From a bacterium (GTDB taxonomy: Bacteria; SZUA-182; DTGQ01; JAFGSM01): 64,000 nucleotides of DNA. A program made the translations under genes and the position numbers. The notes below the pieces were generated by a model. The model saw only the letters and a program-made list of their open reading frames with translations. It did no database searches and was not told the DNA's origin. The stretch is taken from positions 160,001 through 224,000 of the forward strand of contig JBLIRN010000001.1 in NCBI GenBank assembly GCA_049472315.1. The letters run 5' to 3'. Positions 1 through 9,765 of the stretch are shown in pieces. Position 1 is the stretch's first letter. Each line of letters begins with the position of its first letter.

Positions 1-309
1 TGCAAGCTTGCTTATCCCGACGATATTCCCCTTGCTGGGGATGTAGGCAATATTGGCTTCGCCGATAAAGGGAAGCAGGTGATGCTCGCACATGGAATAG
101 AAGGGGATATCCCTCACCAGAACCATCTCGTCGTAGCTCTCACCCTTGATGGGGGTGATGATCTGGCTCGGGTCCGTCTCCAGTCCCGTGAAGATCTCCT
201 TATAGAGCAGGGCCACCCGGTGGGGGGTCTCAAGAACCCCGGGTCGTCCCTTGATCCCGAGACCTTCGAGCACCATTTCGATTCCCGTTTCTATCTTTTC
301 AAGGTCCAT
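1..309 (-). CDS. folE: GTP cyclohydrolase I (3' end truncated by window edge)
   Basis: Not in ORF track; manual translation from ATG at 309 gives MDLEKIETG...ETPHRVA...[25 protein letters not shown]...VGISKLA with the FolE Zn-binding CEHH motif. Confidence 0.95.
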   Translation of the reverse strand, partial: MDLEKIETGIEMVLEGLGIKGRPGVLETPHRVALLYKEIFTGLETDPSQIITPIKGESYDEMVLVRDIPFYSMCEHHLLPFIGEANIAYIPSKGNIVGISKLA

Positions 310-314
310 GCAGC

Positions 315-1094
315 TCACGTCTTTGTTGTGTTCATCAGGCGCGTAATGATTTCCTCCATCTGCGTCATGACCTCAGGTGATCGCATAAAGGGTGACCTTC
401 CTTCACGATCGGCATCCATCAGCCGGGTATCGAAGGGCACGAATCCAAGGAATTCGTATCCGGAAAGCTGCGCGTTAAGGAATTCACGGTCCTGATCCCC
501 CTTGATCTTGTTCCCCACCACCAAATGGCGTGGAATACCCAGGTCGTTGGCCAGGATCTCCACCCTGTGGGCGGTCTCCACACTCCTCATTCCGGGTTCG
601 ACGACCGTGATGAGCGCCTCCACGGAGGAAGCGGTGCCCCTGCTCAGGTGCTCGATCCCCGCCTCCATATCGATTACCAATGCCTCCCCATCCCTGAGGA
701 GAAGATGATCGATGAGCCGCTTGATCATGACGTTCTCGGCGCAATAGCAGCCGGACCCTCCCCTCTTGCACCTGCCGAGGGTCAGGACGAGCACATTCTC
801 AACCGTGAGGCCGAACCGTTCCGGAATATCATCCACATAGGGGTTGAGCTTGAAGAATCCCCCGCGCTCGCCCGGCTTTGCACCGGTACGCTCCTCGATC
901 AGGTCATTCATCTCGGTGAGCGGCCGTGCCTGTGCGATACGGTCGGCAGGCACTCCGAGGGAGGCGGCCAGGTTGGCATCGGGATCCGCATCCACGGCAA
1001 TCACCTTGATACCACGCCGGGAAAGACCCAATGCCAAAAGGGCGCTGAATGTGGTTTTACCCACGCCGCCCTTGCCCGATACCGCTATCTTCAT
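315..1094 (-). CDS. cooC: CooC/AcsF-family nickel-insertion ATPase (CO dehydrogenase maturation type)
   Basis: [14 protein letters not shown] deviant Walker A, DADPD, GSGCYC metal motif, [13 protein letters not shown]. Confidence 0.88.
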   Translation of the reverse strand: MKIAVSGKGGVGKTTFSALLALGLSRRGIKVIAVDADPDANLAASLGVPADRIAQARPLTEMNDLIEERTGAKPGERGGFFKLNPYVDDIPERFGLTVENVLVLTLGRCKRGGSGCYCAENVMIKRLIDHLLLRDGEALVIDMEAGIEHLSRGTASSVEALITVVEPGMRSVETAHRVEILANDLGIPRHLVVGNKIKGDQDREFLNAQLSGYEFLGFVPFDTRLMDADREGRSPFMRSPEVMTQMEEIITRLMNTTKT

Positions 1095-1310
1095 CGCAAC
1101 CTTTAACCTTTAAATGAATTAAATGATTAAACAGGTATGCCGTTAACCGTAATGGTCTCGTCAGCAGAAATTATCTTCTGCATCATTATTACCAATCAAA
1201 TACGTATCCCCTCCACCGCAATGATCAGATCCATGATACAATGCCTTCCCTGGCAGCGTCACGATATATGTTCCGCTGTGCATTATACCATTCATTTCCC
1301 ATCTCGGTGT

Positions 1311-2105
1311 CTAAATATGGTAACCCAAACGATGAGAGATTTCCAAGGCAGCCTGCTTGAGAATAGGGATAAGGGGGTCTCTTATGCGTTCTTCGGGCAT
1401 TCTGAGCGTGGGCCCCGATATGGTGACCCCCGCCACCACACTGTTTGTATAATCCCATACGGGGCAGGCAACGCATCTGACCTCTTCTTCATACTCCTCA
1501 TTGTCGATGGCGTAGCCGTTTCGGGCAACCTCTTCCAGATGGGCAAGAAACACCTCCTCATCGACCACGGTGTTGGGGGTGTACGATCTGAGCCCTCTCT
1601 CCTTGATGATCCTCTTGATCTCCTCCCGGGATTTGTACGCCAGTTGCACCTTGCCCACGGCAGTGCAATGCGCAGGCACCCGTTTGCCGATCATGGGGAT
1701 GATCCTTACGGGATGTTTTGTTTCCACCATATCAACGTATATGACCTCTCCATCCTCATATACTGAAAGATAGGCGGTTTCAGAGGTCTGAAGCACCAGA
1801 TGGTCGAGGATCGAATGTGCCTGATTCACCAATCCCATACGCCGCAGAAAGGCCTGTCCCAGCTCAAAGGTCTTCATTCCCAGCCGGTAATTGCCGGTAT
1901 TCTCGTTCTGCTCCACATACCCCCGGCACTGGAGAGTGGAGAGAAGGCGGAATATGTTGTTCTTCGGCAATTTCAGTTTCATGCTAAGGGTGGTAACACC
2001 CTGTTCTGCATCATCCCCCAAAAAGCTCTCGAGTATGTCCATGGCATGTGAAACTGAATGAACTATATATTCGGAGGCGTCCTTTTTGATCATTTTTCCG
2101 ACCAT
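1311..2105 (-). CDS. IclR family transcriptional regulator
   Basis: N-terminal HTH (SVSHAMDILE...LPKNNIFRLLSTL), PAHCTAVGK, GYAIDNEE motifs; start set at ATG 2105 with AAAGGA RBS (ORF track extends to GTG 2138). Confidence 0.92.
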   Translation of the reverse strand: MVGKMIKKDASEYIVHSVSHAMDILESFLGDDAEQGVTTLSMKLKLPKNNIFRLLSTLQCRGYVEQNENTGNYRLGMKTFELGQAFLRRMGLVNQAHSILDHLVLQTSETAYLSVYEDGEVIYVDMVETKHPVRIIPMIGKRVPAHCTAVGKVQLAYKSREEIKRIIKERGLRSYTPNTVVDEEVFLAHLEEVARNGYAIDNEEYEEEVRCVACPVWDYTNSVVAGVTISGPTLRMPEERIRDPLIPILKQAALEISHRLGYHI

Positions 2106-2281
2106 GAGGTTGTCCTTTGAGAAAGCCGGTTGGTGCACCCCTTGAAAATAACACAGCGTTTTATTTTTGTCAAGAAACCCTTATCATATTTCGCATGGAT
2201 GGTAAACCTGCTACAATAATGGTACATTAATCCACGAATCCCTGTGGTTCATTATGGCAAAATAAAACAAAAGGGGGCACA

Positions 2282-2863
2282 ATGAAATCCATTGTCAATT
2301 TCCTCTTCGAGATCGGCATGCTCAAAAAAACCCCCCGAAGCGGCTATTTTTTCCTGGGGTCGGGGGAGGAGTCGGTTGCGGAGCACGTCATGAGAATGAC
2401 ATCGATCGGCTATGTAATGGCAAAGCTGGATCCGCAGGCGGATGAATGCAAGCTCATCAAGATGTGTCTTGTCCACGATCTCGCAGAGGCGCGAACGGGT
2501 GACCACAACTACGTCCATAAACGATACGTAACGGTGGATGAGGAGAAGGCAACCCGTGACCTCGCTGCGGATTTGTCCTTTGGTTCGGAGATAACGGCGT
2601 TGTCGAAGGAATTCAACGAGGCGCGCACCAGGGAGGCGCAACTGGCAAATGACGCCGACCAGATCGAGCACATTCTGCAATTAAAGGAATGCATGGATCT
2701 GGGGAGCCCTCATGCAGCGGACTGGATTCGAAATGCCCAAAAGCGCATACGCACGGCTATCGGACGCACCCTGGTCGAAACGATCCTGGAGACCAGTACC
2801 ATGGACTGGTGGTTTCAGGACAAGGATGACGAGTGGTGGGTCAATGGGGGAAAAAAACGATAA
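2282..2863 (+). CDS. HD-domain phosphohydrolase (YfbR/HDDC2-like)
   Basis: LKKTPRSGY, ESVAEH, HDLAEARTGD, DADQIE motifs. Confidence 0.85.
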   Translation: MKSIVNFLFEIGMLKKTPRSGYFFLGSGEESVAEHVMRMTSIGYVMAKLDPQADECKLIKMCLVHDLAEARTGDHNYVHKRYVTVDEEKATRDLAADLSFGSEITALSKEFNEARTREAQLANDADQIEHILQLKECMDLGSPHAADWIRNAQKRIRTAIGRTLVETILETSTMDWWFQDKDDEWWVNGGKKR

Positions 2864-2890
2864 TCGATTCGGTTGTGCGTAAGGATCGAA

Positions 2891-2934
2891 CGGGGATCAT
2901 GGCCGGATCCTCCGGACCCCTCCCATGATCCCCG
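2891..2934. terminator. Stem-loop between convergent HD and tusA-like genes
   Basis: 12-bp perfect inverted repeat CGGGGATCATGG...CCATGATCCCCG; no strong U-tract. Confidence 0.55.
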
Positions 2935-2979
2935 CCGATGATATTCTATGATTAAGAGGTAACTGCAAATACCTCGTGG

Positions 2980-3204
2980 CTAAAACTGCACCTGGATCTT
3001 GAGCGCGGTGCCGCCGTCCTTTTTGACGGAAAGGACGACCTTGCTGTTTCTCTCCGCCCAGTTACGGATATCCTGCTCGAATGTCGAGCAGTCACCCGAA
3101 ACCTCGAGGATGTCCCCGCCCTTCATCTCCCGGGCCTTTGCCGCAACCCTGAGGACCGGTTGAGGGCATTTCAGACCGCGCGCATCAAGTGTTTGAACTG
3201 CCAT
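2980..3204 (-). CDS. TusA/SirA-family sulfur carrier protein
   Basis: LDARGLKCPQP motif, 74 aa. Confidence 0.9.
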   Translation of the reverse strand: MAVQTLDARGLKCPQPVLRVAAKAREMKGGDILEVSGDCSTFEQDIRNWAERNSKVVLSVKKDGGTALKIQVQF

Positions 3205-3719
3205 TGTTTCCCCTCCTTAACATATGGTTTGAATAAAGATCCCCGACCGGGGTGTCTCAGCATCACATCAATGTCCTGCTCGATCAATGCCACCACCCTC
3301 GGAATCGACTCCTCCACCTGACGGGAAAGCCCTTCGCAGAAGGTATCCCCGCCCTCGATTTCAATGGCATAGACAATCATCGATCCGGGGAGCGGTATTC
3401 CCATTTCCTCGGCCCATGCCAACACAGCGGGTATCCCTGCATTATGGGTAACCTGTATCGTCTGAAGGCATCCGAGTTCCTCCCGGGAAAATCGATACAC
3501 GTCGCCGGGCACGCCCTCCCGTGTCCGAATGGCATCCACGATGATGACCGATTCATAACCGCTTATGAGAGACAACAGGGCGAATCCCCCCTCCGAGGTT
3601 TCCACGATATCCACTGCTTTGCTCGCAATCCTCCCCTTCAGCCTCGCCATCGCGGCAATACCGACACCATCGTCCCCCCGGATGGGATTTCCCATGCCCA
3701 GAACCAGCATCCTCTTCAT
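3171..3719 (-). CDS. Hydrogenase maturation protease (HyaD/HycI family)
   Basis: VLGMGNPIRGDDGVG, IIVDAI, THN motifs; directly after large subunit. Confidence 0.93.
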   Translation of the reverse strand: MKRMLVLGMGNPIRGDDGVGIAAMARLKGRIASKAVDIVETSEGGFALLSLISGYESVIIVDAIRTREGVPGDVYRFSREELGCLQTIQVTHNAGIPAVLAWAEEMGIPLPGSMIVYAIEIEGGDTFCEGLSRQVEESIPRVVALIEQDIDVMLRHPGRGSLFKPYVKEGKQWQFKHLMRAV

Positions 3720-3767
3720 GAATTCAACGAGCCCCCCATATCAGTTTCCCTGCATTGCACACTACCT

Positions 3768-5234
3768 TCATGAATCCCTTCCAACCATCCGGATCAGATT
3801 ACCTGCCCTGTCATAGATACCTACCTTCAGGGGCATCTCTCCCAGCAGGCTGTGAGTGGCGCAGGCAAGGCATGGATCATAGGCCCGGAAGGCCATCTCG
3901 ATCATATTGAGAAAACCCTCCGAAACCTCCCCATCCTTGATAAGCCCCCGGGCCGTCTTTTCAATGGACATGCATATCGCCGCCCCGTTGTTCTGGGTGG
4001 CAACGAGCAGGTTCGCCTTCTGAATGATCCCCCGCTCGTCGGTGGTATAGTGATGAAACAGGGTTCCCCTGGGCGCCTCCACGGCGGCGATCCCTTCGAC
4101 CGGGGCCTGCTCGGGGATATTCCTTACCTTTGGATCGGTAATCTCCGGATCTCTCACCAACTCATCCATCCTCTCCGCAGCATAGAGCACCTCGATGAGC
4201 CGTGCCCAGTGGTAGGCAAGGGTGCTGTGCGCGGGTTTTCCCCCCAGGGTGTCATACATGCGCTCATATTCCGCCTGCGCCAAGGGCGTAGCCATGCCGG
4301 ATGCGACATTCAGGCGGGCAAGCGGGGCAACCCGGTAGATCCCGCTCTCCTTTCCATCCACGAATCCCTTCCATCCCACCTTTTTCAGGTAGAGGAGCTT
4401 CATAAAGCTCCAGGGCTCCACCCGCTCCTCCAGGTGCTCCAGATAATCCTTTGCATCGAACCGTGCGAACTCGTCTCCCTCGGGATCCACTACCCTGATA
4501 GATCCATCGTAGAAATTCACCCTGTCATTCTTGTCAACCATGCCCATATAGTAGGTCTGATGGCGGTACATATCGAGGGTGATAAGGTCCATGTAGACCT
4601 TGTTCTTCAACACCAGATCCTCCCACAGCTTCAGAAGAAACTGCGCGAATTCACGGGTATCTTTCACGACCGATTGGATGCCCTCCCGGTCATCCTCCGA
4701 CAACCGCCTTGACACGCCGCCGGGCAATCCGCAGACCGGAGAGAGGGGGCTGCCGCCGATCAGGGCATTGATCCCCCGCACCCGTTTTCGTATATCGATA
4801 ACCCGTTTACCCACCTCAACGCCGAGCTTCTTCATGACACCCAGGATGTTCCGCTCGGACTTTGATGCCCCCGGGCCGACCACGAAATCGGGCCCTCCCA
4901 GGAAACAGAAGTGCAGTACGTGGTCCTCGAACATGAATGCGGTATACATGAGCTCCCTGATCTTTTGTGCCGCCGGCGGCGGATCAACCTTGAACAGGGC
5001 ATCCAGTGTCTTGCTCGATACGGTATGGTGGGCGGTGGGGCACACACCGCAGATCTTCTGGGTGAGGGTGGGCATCTCCTCTACAGCCCTCCCCTCGGCA
5101 AATTTTTCGAATCCCCGGAACTCGGGTACCTGGAAATAGGCCCTTTCCACCATACCCTGGTCATCGAGGAGGATATCTATCTTGCCATGGCCTTCCAGCC
5201 TGGTTATTGGATCGATGGTTATCCGCTTGCTCAC
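3768..5234 (-). CDS. mvhA: [NiFe]-hydrogenase large subunit, MvhA-like (group 3c type)
   Basis: ITRLEGHG, L1 KICGVC, L2 DPCLACATH plus cleavable C-terminal extension; context with mvhG/mvhD/hdrA. Confidence 0.92.
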   Translation of the reverse strand: MSKRITIDPITRLEGHGKIDILLDDQGMVERAYFQVPEFRGFEKFAEGRAVEEMPTLTQKICGVCPTAHHTVSSKTLDALFKVDPPPAAQKIRELMYTAFMFEDHVLHFCFLGGPDFVVGPGASKSERNILGVMKKLGVEVGKRVIDIRKRVRGINALIGGSPLSPVCGLPGGVSRRLSEDDREGIQSVVKDTREFAQFLLKLWEDLVLKNKVYMDLITLDMYRHQTYYMGMVDKNDRVNFYDGSIRVVDPEGDEFARFDAKDYLEHLEERVEPWSFMKLLYLKKVGWKGFVDGKESGIYRVAPLARLNVASGMATPLAQAEYERMYDTLGGKPAHSTLAYHWARLIEVLYAAERMDELVRDPEITDPKVRNIPEQAPVEGIAAVEAPRGTLFHHYTTDERGIIQKANLLVATQNNGAAICMSIEKTARGLIKDGEVSEGFLNMIEMAFRAYDPCLACATHSLLGEMPLKVGIYDRAGNLIRMVGRDS

Positions 5235-6205
5235 GATGTCTCCTTGAAGCGCCTTCTGCCCAAAATGGAAGAGGCAAGGCTGTAACGATAAAACAACCCG
5301 GCGGCATCGGGAATGGAGGCCGCCACCTTCACCATTGTCTCGTCATCACGTGCATCCAACATGGACGTAAGGAAGGAAACCGATTTTGCCCCCTGATCCA
5401 TGACGCTGTCCAGGGGGCCGAAGCAGCCCCTGCAGGGCATATTCGCCTTCAGGCACCGCTCTCCGCAGCCACCCCTGGTTACGGGACCCAGGCAAATGAT
5501 GCCCTGGTCCAGGAAGCACCGCGTAGGGTCCGCCTCTGTCTCGTAGATCCTCTTGAACGCCTTCACGGTCAGTCTCTCTGGTTTGCTCTCCCTGCGGGAG
5601 CAGGAATCACACAAGGATCTCGTTTCCGCGAGGACCGTGCCCCTGGGCGGGAGTTTCCCCGCCAGGACGGCCATGAGTGCATCCTTGACCAGTTCGGGAG
5701 GAGGCGGACATCCGGGGAGATAGTAATCCACCTCGATCACCTGATCCAATGGCTTTACGTACGGGAACATCCCTGACAGGGAGACCGTATGGCCGGATTC
5801 CTCCGTTTTTTCCTGTGGAGTGGTGTTATTGGGGTTGAGGAGCGAGGGCGCCTCCTTGTATGCCCTGGCCAGGAGATCATCCTGTGCATAAAAATTGGCC
5901 AGTCCCACCACACCGCCAAGATGGGCGCAACTGCCGTGGGCGATCACCAGTTTGGATTTTTCCCGCAGCATCCGGGCCATACGTTCCTGCTCATCCATCC
6001 GTATGGCGCCGTTTATCAGGGCGGCTGCGATCTCTCCCTCCTTCATCGCCTCCACATCCTGATATTTATAATCCATGGCCACCGGCCAAAAGACGATGTG
6101 GACCGATTCCGCAATCGTCACCAGATCTTCGGCAAGGTCCACCACGGATTCCTCGCATCCGCCGCAGCCGGAACACCAGTAAAGTGCAATCTTCGGTTTC
6201 GCCAT
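5231..6205 (-). CDS. mvhG: [NiFe]-hydrogenase small subunit, MvhG-like
   Basis: CSGCGGC, GSCA, PGCPP, C-terminal CLGPVTRGGC...CRGCFG Fe-S motifs. Confidence 0.92.
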   Translation of the reverse strand: MAKPKIALYWCSGCGGCEESVVDLAEDLVTIAESVHIVFWPVAMDYKYQDVEAMKEGEIAAALINGAIRMDEQERMARMLREKSKLVIAHGSCAHLGGVVGLANFYAQDDLLARAYKEAPSLLNPNNTTPQEKTEESGHTVSLSGMFPYVKPLDQVIEVDYYLPGCPPPPELVKDALMAVLAGKLPPRGTVLAETRSLCDSCSRRESKPERLTVKAFKRIYETEADPTRCFLDQGIICLGPVTRGGCGERCLKANMPCRGCFGPLDSVMDQGAKSVSFLTSMLDARDDETMVKVAASIPDAAGLFYRYSLASSILGRRRFKETS

Positions 6206-6215
6206 TTTCCCTTCC

Positions 6216-6629
6216 TTAGGTTGGAACCGGCAAGGGACCTAATCGTTTGAGGTCCTCCACCATCTCGGAAACGATACGTGCAAATTTCTCCCCTTCACCG
6301 GCGGAGACCCAATCGAGCCTCAGCCGCTCCTCCTCGATGCCGAATTCCTTCAGAACCCCCTTGAGGACCACATGCCGCCGCAGGGTCTTATAGTTTCCCT
6401 CCTTGTAGTGGCAGTCACCGGGATGGCAGCCCAGGATAAGTACCCCGTCGGCACCCTCTCTGAATGCCTGCATCACGAACTGGGGATCGATTCTGCCGCT
6501 GCACATGACCCGCACCACCTTGAGGAGATGGGCGGGGTATTCCCGTTGTGCCTTGCCTGCGGAATCGGCGCCCTCATATGAACACCAATGGCACAAAAAC
6601 CCTACGATTCTCGGCTCGAAGTCATTCAT
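6216..6629 (-). CDS. mvhD: Hydrogenase iron-sulfur subunit MvhD
   Basis: GFLCHWCSY, RVMCSGR, GCHPGDCHY, WVSAGEG. Confidence 0.95.
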   Translation of the reverse strand: MNDFEPRIVGFLCHWCSYEGADSAGKAQREYPAHLLKVVRVMCSGRIDPQFVMQAFREGADGVLILGCHPGDCHYKEGNYKTLRRHVVLKGVLKEFGIEEERLRLDWVSAGEGEKFARIVSEMVEDLKRLGPLPVPT

Positions 6630-8605
6630 GAATCCGTCCCTTTGTGTGCATCTTCCAGCAGTCCCTTGATTTCAGCAAGGATTTGCATGTCGGTAAAATG
6701 CTTTGCTGTAATCGCCCCGCTGGGGCAGCCGGCCACGCATACCCCGCACCCTCTGCACAGGACCTCATTGACCACCACCTGGTTTTTCTTCAGATCAAAG
6801 CTCAGCGCCTTGTAAGGGCACAAACCGATGCATGTCTTGCACCCTGAACATATCTCGTCGTTTACCACGCAGGTCATTGCCTCGAGCGTCAGTTTCTCGC
6901 CCGGAACAAGCCTGGAGAGAATCCTTCCCGCCGCTGCCTGCCCCTCTGCAACTGCACCCTGGATGTCCTTCGGCCCCTGGGCGCACCCTGCAATATATAT
7001 CCCCTCACTCATGGTGGAGACAGGGGCGAGCCGGTTATGTTCCTCGCAGAAAAACCCTCCATCCCCCCGGGATATGTCGCATATCCTGGCAAGATCCTCC
7101 GTACCGCGGGCGCCCTGCAGGGCAGGCGCAAGCACCACCATATCGGCGGAAACCTCCTCGGATTTTCCCTTGCCCCCGCCGTAATGGATGGAGATCGTTC
7201 CCCCCTTTTTCTCGATGCTGATGGAATCAGGCTCCTTCATCTGAATAAAGGCGATTCCGTTTCCCTTGCGGAGCTTTGCAAAGAAGGGATGCGATTCCTT
7301 CCCCGGCAGGCAAAAATCCGAATAGAGATGGACGATGGACGCCTCGGGCAGCTTCTTTTTCGTGAGGTGTGCAAATTTGAGGGAATAGGAGCAGCATACC
7401 CCCGAGCAGTAGTCATTGAACCGCTCACTACGGGAGCCGACACAATTAACGAAGGCGATCCTTTGTGGCGCCTTGCCGTTCTTCATGAGTATGTTCCCTC
7501 CGGTAGGACCGGTGGAACTCAGCATCCTCTCAAACTCAAGACTGGTATAGACATCCTCGCCGTTGCCATATCCGAACTCCGGCGCCCCCTTGGGGTCGAA
7601 AAGATCGAATCCGGTTGCCAGAACAATCGCCCCCACGTGAAATTTTCTTACCAAATCGGTTTCGTCATAGTTGATGCTGCCGAAGGGGCACGCCTTCTGG
7701 CAGGCATCGCAGGCCTTTCCTTGAAACTGCGCACAGTGCTCCTCGTCAAGGAGGGCCACAAAGGGGAGGGCACCCGGATACGGAAGGTATATCGCCTTGC
7801 GCTCATCCATGCCCTCATTGAATTCATTCGGAACGCTTACCGGGCATGCCTCGGTGCAGGCTCCGCACCCGATACAGGTCATCATATCGACATGCCGTGC
7901 CCTCCTTTTGACCTTGACCACAAAGTTGCCGAACGAGCCGACGACCTCCTGCACCTCACACAGGGTCAGGACCTTGATGTGCTCATTATGCAAGACCTCG
8001 TCGAGCTTCGGGTCGAGCATGCAGGGGGCGCACTCCAGATTGGGGAAGACCTCCTCGTAGCGGGCGACCTTCCCCCCGATGCACGGCGCCCGTTCGATCA
8101 CATACACCTTTCGATCCCTCTGGGCAAGGGTAAGGGCTGCGCTTATTCCGGCGATCCCCGCGCCCACCACCAGGACATCCCCTTTGCATTCCACCGATCC
8201 CGGCTCAAGGGCGGCATGATGAACGACCCGTTTCACTGCGGCCCTGGTCATTGTTGTTGCCTTCTCGGTGGCGCGCACCCTGTCCTTGATGACCCATGCG
8301 CATTGCTCTCGGATATTGGCGATCTGGAGAAAATAGGGGTTCAACCCCGCATCCTTGAGGGCCTTCTTGAAGGTGTGTTCATGTTCCTTGGGCGAGCATG
8401 CGGCAATGACCACCCGCGACAAGGCATGCTCCTTGATATCCTGCTTTATGAGTGCCTGACCTTCCTGGGAGCACAATGTCTTGAATGGTTTTGCAAAGAC
8501 AACCCCTTCAAGTCCCCGGACATGGTCGATAACGGCATCGATGTCCAGGGCATCCTTTATATTCGGACCGCACTCGCACACATAAATACCTATCTTTTCA
8601 GCCAT
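6626..8605 (-). CDS. hdrA: Heterodisulfide reductase subunit A (FAD, 4Fe-4S)
   Basis: GIYVCECG, ACSP, NIREQC, GAGIAG FAD motif, CVGSR, CSGVCC, GCAQGPKDI, ferredoxin motifs. Confidence 0.95.
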   Translation of the reverse strand: MAEKIGIYVCECGPNIKDALDIDAVIDHVRGLEGVVFAKPFKTLCSQEGQALIKQDIKEHALSRVVIAACSPKEHEHTFKKALKDAGLNPYFLQIANIREQCAWVIKDRVRATEKATTMTRAAVKRVVHHAALEPGSVECKGDVLVVGAGIAGISAALTLAQRDRKVYVIERAPCIGGKVARYEEVFPNLECAPCMLDPKLDEVLHNEHIKVLTLCEVQEVVGSFGNFVVKVKRRARHVDMMTCIGCGACTEACPVSVPNEFNEGMDERKAIYLPYPGALPFVALLDEEHCAQFQGKACDACQKACPFGSINYDETDLVRKFHVGAIVLATGFDLFDPKGAPEFGYGNGEDVYTSLEFERMLSSTGPTGGNILMKNGKAPQRIAFVNCVGSRSERFNDYCSGVCCSYSLKFAHLTKKKLPEASIVHLYSDFCLPGKESHPFFAKLRKGNGIAFIQMKEPDSISIEKKGGTISIHYGGGKGKSEEVSADMVVLAPALQGARGTEDLARICDISRGDGGFFCEEHNRLAPVSTMSEGIYIAGCAQGPKDIQGAVAEGQAAAGRILSRLVPGEKLTLEAMTCVVNDEICSGCKTCIGLCPYKALSFDLKKNQVVVNEVLCRGCGVCVAGCPSGAITAKHFTDMQILAEIKGLLEDAHKGTDS

Positions 8606-8659
8606 CTCCTCAACACCTCAGCGTTTGCCTACGATCATATCCGTGTGGCCTTTCCTATG

Positions 8660-9748
8660 CTAATGGCATGAACCATTCCGACTCCCGTTCACCAGTTGCA
8701 CCAGCATGGAGGAAATCTCCCGGGGCGAAAGCACATAATGGACACCGCCCAGCCGTATCGCCTCTCCCGGCATGCCGTGTACCACCGAACTCTCCTTATC
8801 CTGGGCGATGGTGACCGCACCGTTGTCCTTCATCATCTTGAGTTCAATTGCACCATCCGTCCCCATGCCGGTGAGCAGCACTCCGATCGCCTTTTTCCCA
8901 TAGTTCTCCGCGATGCTCCGGAAGAGGAACGACACCGCGGGTCGCAGACTCATCTCGGGCGGGGCATCGCTCAGGATGATTTTCCCCTTGGAGTTCACTC
9001 CCATATGAGTACCACAGGGCGCAAAATAGACATGTCCGTACATGATGGAATCCCCATGATTCGGGATATGCACCGGTATCCTTACATGTTTTTTCAACCA
9101 CTCCACCATTCCCTGAAGGAATCCGTCGCTTATGTGCTGAACCACCAGGACGGGACACACAAAATTGTTCGGAATACCCGAAAGTATGTTTTCTATAACC
9201 GGGGGACCGCCGGTCGATGCCCCGATCGCCACGATCTCTATCCCGGATGTCACCACGGTGGGTTCTATGATCTTGCGCTGAATGGTTGCCGTGGCATTGG
9301 AGGTCCCGCCAGGGGAATCGCTCGATCGTGAGTATTTGGCAAATCGCCTGACAACCCGTACCTCCGACATGAGCTTTACCGTTTGAACAAATTTCCCTGC
9401 CATGTCCTCGCCGGCGCTGCCGCCCCGCGGCTTTCCTATGGCTGCGACTGCCCCCGATTCCATGGCCCGAAATGCCTCCCCGACCACCTCCATTGTCCAG
9501 CTTGCGCTGACCGCCACAATGGGAACCGGATAGGACTCCATGATCCTTTGCGTTGCCTCGTTCCCATTCATCTTCGGCATGTAGAAATCCATCACCACCA
9601 CATCCGGATGGGTATGCTTCACCTTTTCAATGGCCTCCTCTCCATCTTCGGCCATACCTACCACATGGAAATCACCGGTTGCCTGGAGGAGGTATCTGAG
9701 ATATTCCCGTGCGGTCAGTGAATCATCTACAATGAGGACCTTTTTCAT
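8660..9748 (-). CDS. cheB: Chemotaxis response regulator protein-glutamate methylesterase
   Basis: N-terminal receiver; catalytic GASTGG, VQHI, LTGMGTDG. Confidence 0.95.
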   Translation of the reverse strand: MKKVLIVDDSLTAREYLRYLLQATGDFHVVGMAEDGEEAIEKVKHTHPDVVVMDFYMPKMNGNEATQRIMESYPVPIVAVSASWTMEVVGEAFRAMESGAVAAIGKPRGGSAGEDMAGKFVQTVKLMSEVRVVRRFAKYSRSSDSPGGTSNATATIQRKIIEPTVVTSGIEIVAIGASTGGPPVIENILSGIPNNFVCPVLVVQHISDGFLQGMVEWLKKHVRIPVHIPNHGDSIMYGHVYFAPCGTHMGVNSKGKIILSDAPPEMSLRPAVSFLFRSIAENYGKKAIGVLLTGMGTDGAIELKMMKDNGAVTIAQDKESSVVHGMPGEAIRLGGVHYVLSPREISSMLVQLVNGSRNGSCH

Positions 9749-9765
9749 CGTACTCCCCTCATGGT

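Noticed and set aside
7037..8671. Long plus-strand ORF (544 aa) and similar ORFs such as 33203..34159, 42132..43121, 62443..63507
   Set aside because: Antisense or alternate-frame shadows of well-supported genes with no recognisable motifs
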